A program made the translations under genes and the position numbers. A stretch of DNA of 5,945 nucleotides, from IMG/VR virus record IMGVR_UViG_3300045988_036552, positions 1 through 5,945 of that record, one strand, 5' to 3'. The notes under the pieces are model-generated. The model saw only the letters and a list, made by a program, of their open reading frames with translations, did not search any database and had not been told where the DNA came from. The DNA comes from a virus. Below, in pieces: positions 4,941 to 5,945 of the stretch (position 1 is the first letter of the stretch; each line of letters opens with the position of its first letter).

Positions 4941-5173
4941 AACAAGAATGGGAAGACCCGTTTTCAATCGGGACAAACGAAAACAATGAGACAGTAATCA
5001 AATTAGGTGGACAACTGGCAAGCAAAAAAACATTCAACAATGTCAAAGAAGCCAAAAAATACATCGAATCAAAACCATGGGACTTATTGGCAATTCTATC
5101 CATAGCCATGGCAGAAACAACATTCAGAGCAATCCACGAATCAAAAGAAGAACCTAAAAAAGAGGAGGAATAA
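4937..5173 (+). CDS. Hypothetical 78-aa protein with an acidic/lysine-rich C-terminus
   Basis: ATG at 4937 overlaps the TGA at 4938..4940 (ATGA). Its stop at 5171..5173 is 2 nt before the VP1 ATG, and its last codons contain the VP1 ribosome-binding site. Confidence 0.5.
   Translation: MKQEWEDPFSIGTNENNETVIKLGGQLASKKTFNNVKEAKKYIESKPWDLLAILSIAMAETTFRAIHESKEEPKKEEE
5163..5168 (+). promoter_or_regulatory. Shine-Dalgarno-like AGGAGG for the capsid gene
   Basis: AGGAGG lies 7 nt upstream of the ATG at 5176. Confidence 0.6.
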
Positions 5174-5175
5174 TT

Positions 5176-5945
5176 ATGAGTTTAACAAAATCAATCGGAA
5201 AAAACACCTTAGGTGGTGGTAAAAAAATGAAAGTAGACCTAAAAACATATAACAGGTCTACACATGACTTAAGTTATATTTGGCGTTCATCAATGGCACC
5301 AGGAACACTTGTGCCATTCTGTAAAATACTTATGACGCCAGGTGACACAATGGAAATTGATCTGACACACCAAATCATGACACATCCGACTATCGGACCA
5401 TTGTTCGGAAGTTATAAGGTACAAGCAGACATGTTTCAATGCCCAATCAGACTGTACAATGCAATGCTACACAATAACGCATTGAATATCGGACTAAAAA
5501 TGAGTGATGTCAAACTGCCAAAATTAGAAGTAGAATTAAGCGATGTCGATACAGAATATTATGAATCAAAAACGAAAAAACAAATATCAGAAAGCTGTGT
5601 ATTATCATATCTAGGGCAGAGAGGTTACGCAGGATTTGTAGGTAAAACATACAGTGATCCATTAACAATAAAGAGAAATGCAGTACCACTCCTCGCATAT
5701 TACGACATTTTCAAAAATTACTACGCCAATAAACAAGAAGAGAATTTTTATACAATAGCCGAAAACACACCATTAGATTTCAATGATGTACTATATTCCA
5801 ATACCAAGGAAGCATATGGACAAAAATACATGATAAACGAAAACGGATATATAGGAATAAATCGAAAGTCCAAATATTATACATCCGACAAAACCATAGA
5901 TGACGGGTTAATATTATCTGTATCTAATGAAGTAAATGGTAAAAA
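5176..5945 (+). CDS. VP1: Major capsid protein VP1 (Microviridae F-protein family), N-terminal part; runs off the window end and continues at base 1
   Basis: ATG at 5176 is the first ATG after an in-frame TAA at 5155-5157. AGGAGG at 5163..5168 lies 7 nt upstream. The frame is open to the window end, which is why it is absent from the ORF track. The translation MSLTKSIGKNTLGGGKKMKVDLKTYNRSTHDLSYIWRSSMAPGTLVPFCKILMTPGDTMEIDLTHQIMTHPTIGPLFGSYKVQADMFQCPIRLYNAML fits the conserved microvirus capsid N-terminal pattern (DLS..., G.L.P, PGD, P...P, F..P.RL). The later NAVPLLAYYDIFKNYYAN is also capsid-like. Confidence 0.92.
   Translation, partial: MSLTKSIGKNTLGGGKKMKVDLKTYNRSTHDLSYIWRSSMAPGTLVPFCKILMTPGDTMEIDLTHQIMTHPTIGPLFGSYKVQADMFQCPIRLYNAMLHNNALNIGLKMSDVKLPKLEVELSDVDTEYYESKTKKQISESCVLSYLGQRGYAGFVGKTYSDPLTIKRNAVPLLAYYDIFKNYYANKQEENFYTIAENTPLDFNDVLYSNTKEAYGQKYMINENGYIGINRKSKYYTSDKTIDDGLILSVSNEVNGK
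5891..5945. repeat. Terminal redundancy (copy 2); implies unit genome length 5890 nt
   Basis: Exact 55/55 match to 1..55. The capsid reading frame runs through the junction without interruption. Confidence 0.95.

Noticed and set aside
4709-5698. Minus-strand ORFs 4709..4945, 4918..5109 and 5510..5698
   Set aside because: The reasoning is the same: they are antisense to the coupled small-ORF chain and to VP1, have hydrophobic low-complexity translations, and show no start-site signals.
1-5945. Integrated prophage, transposon or CRISPR interpretations of the terminal repeat
   Set aside because: No integrase, transposase, att-like flanks or host genes are present. The repeat lies inside a coding frame that continues seamlessly across it, and there is no repeat-spacer periodicity. 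An assembler overlap on a circular genome explains it fully.

Overview
The window appears to be one complete, circularly permuted genome of a small ssDNA phage of the family Microviridae. It looks non-phiX-like (gokushovirus/alpavirus-like architecture). Bases 1-55 are identical to bases 5891-5945, so the unit length is 5890 nt, and the linearisation point lies inside the major capsid gene. All convincing genes are on the + strand. In order they are: the major capsid protein VP1 (5176 to the window end, continuing in phase at 1..1340; 684 aa in total); a 111-aa protein (1354..1689); the DNA pilot/minor capsid protein VP2 (1843..2997); the HUH rolling-circle replication initiator VP4 (3224..4324); and a tightly overlapping chain of four small ORFans (4346..5173) that ends 2 nt before the VP1 start. 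There are two noncoding regions. Region 1690..1842 contains a terminator-like hairpin. Region 2998..3223 begins with a perfect 20-nt palindrome, followed by a strikingly GC-rich hairpin-dense island (about 59% G+C by hand count, against roughly 28-38% in coding samples). No rRNA, tRNA, CRISPR array, integrase or transposase is visible. The items most worth follow-up are the GC-rich structured island upstream of the Rep gene, an exact 11-mer (AAAACTGTCGA) present four times, an extremely arginine-rich ORF overprinted on VP2, and the small-ORF cassette, which includes a membrane-anchored or lipoprotein-like 65-aa protein (a candidate lysis or exclusion factor). All functional calls rest on motif recognition by eye. 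No database search was run.
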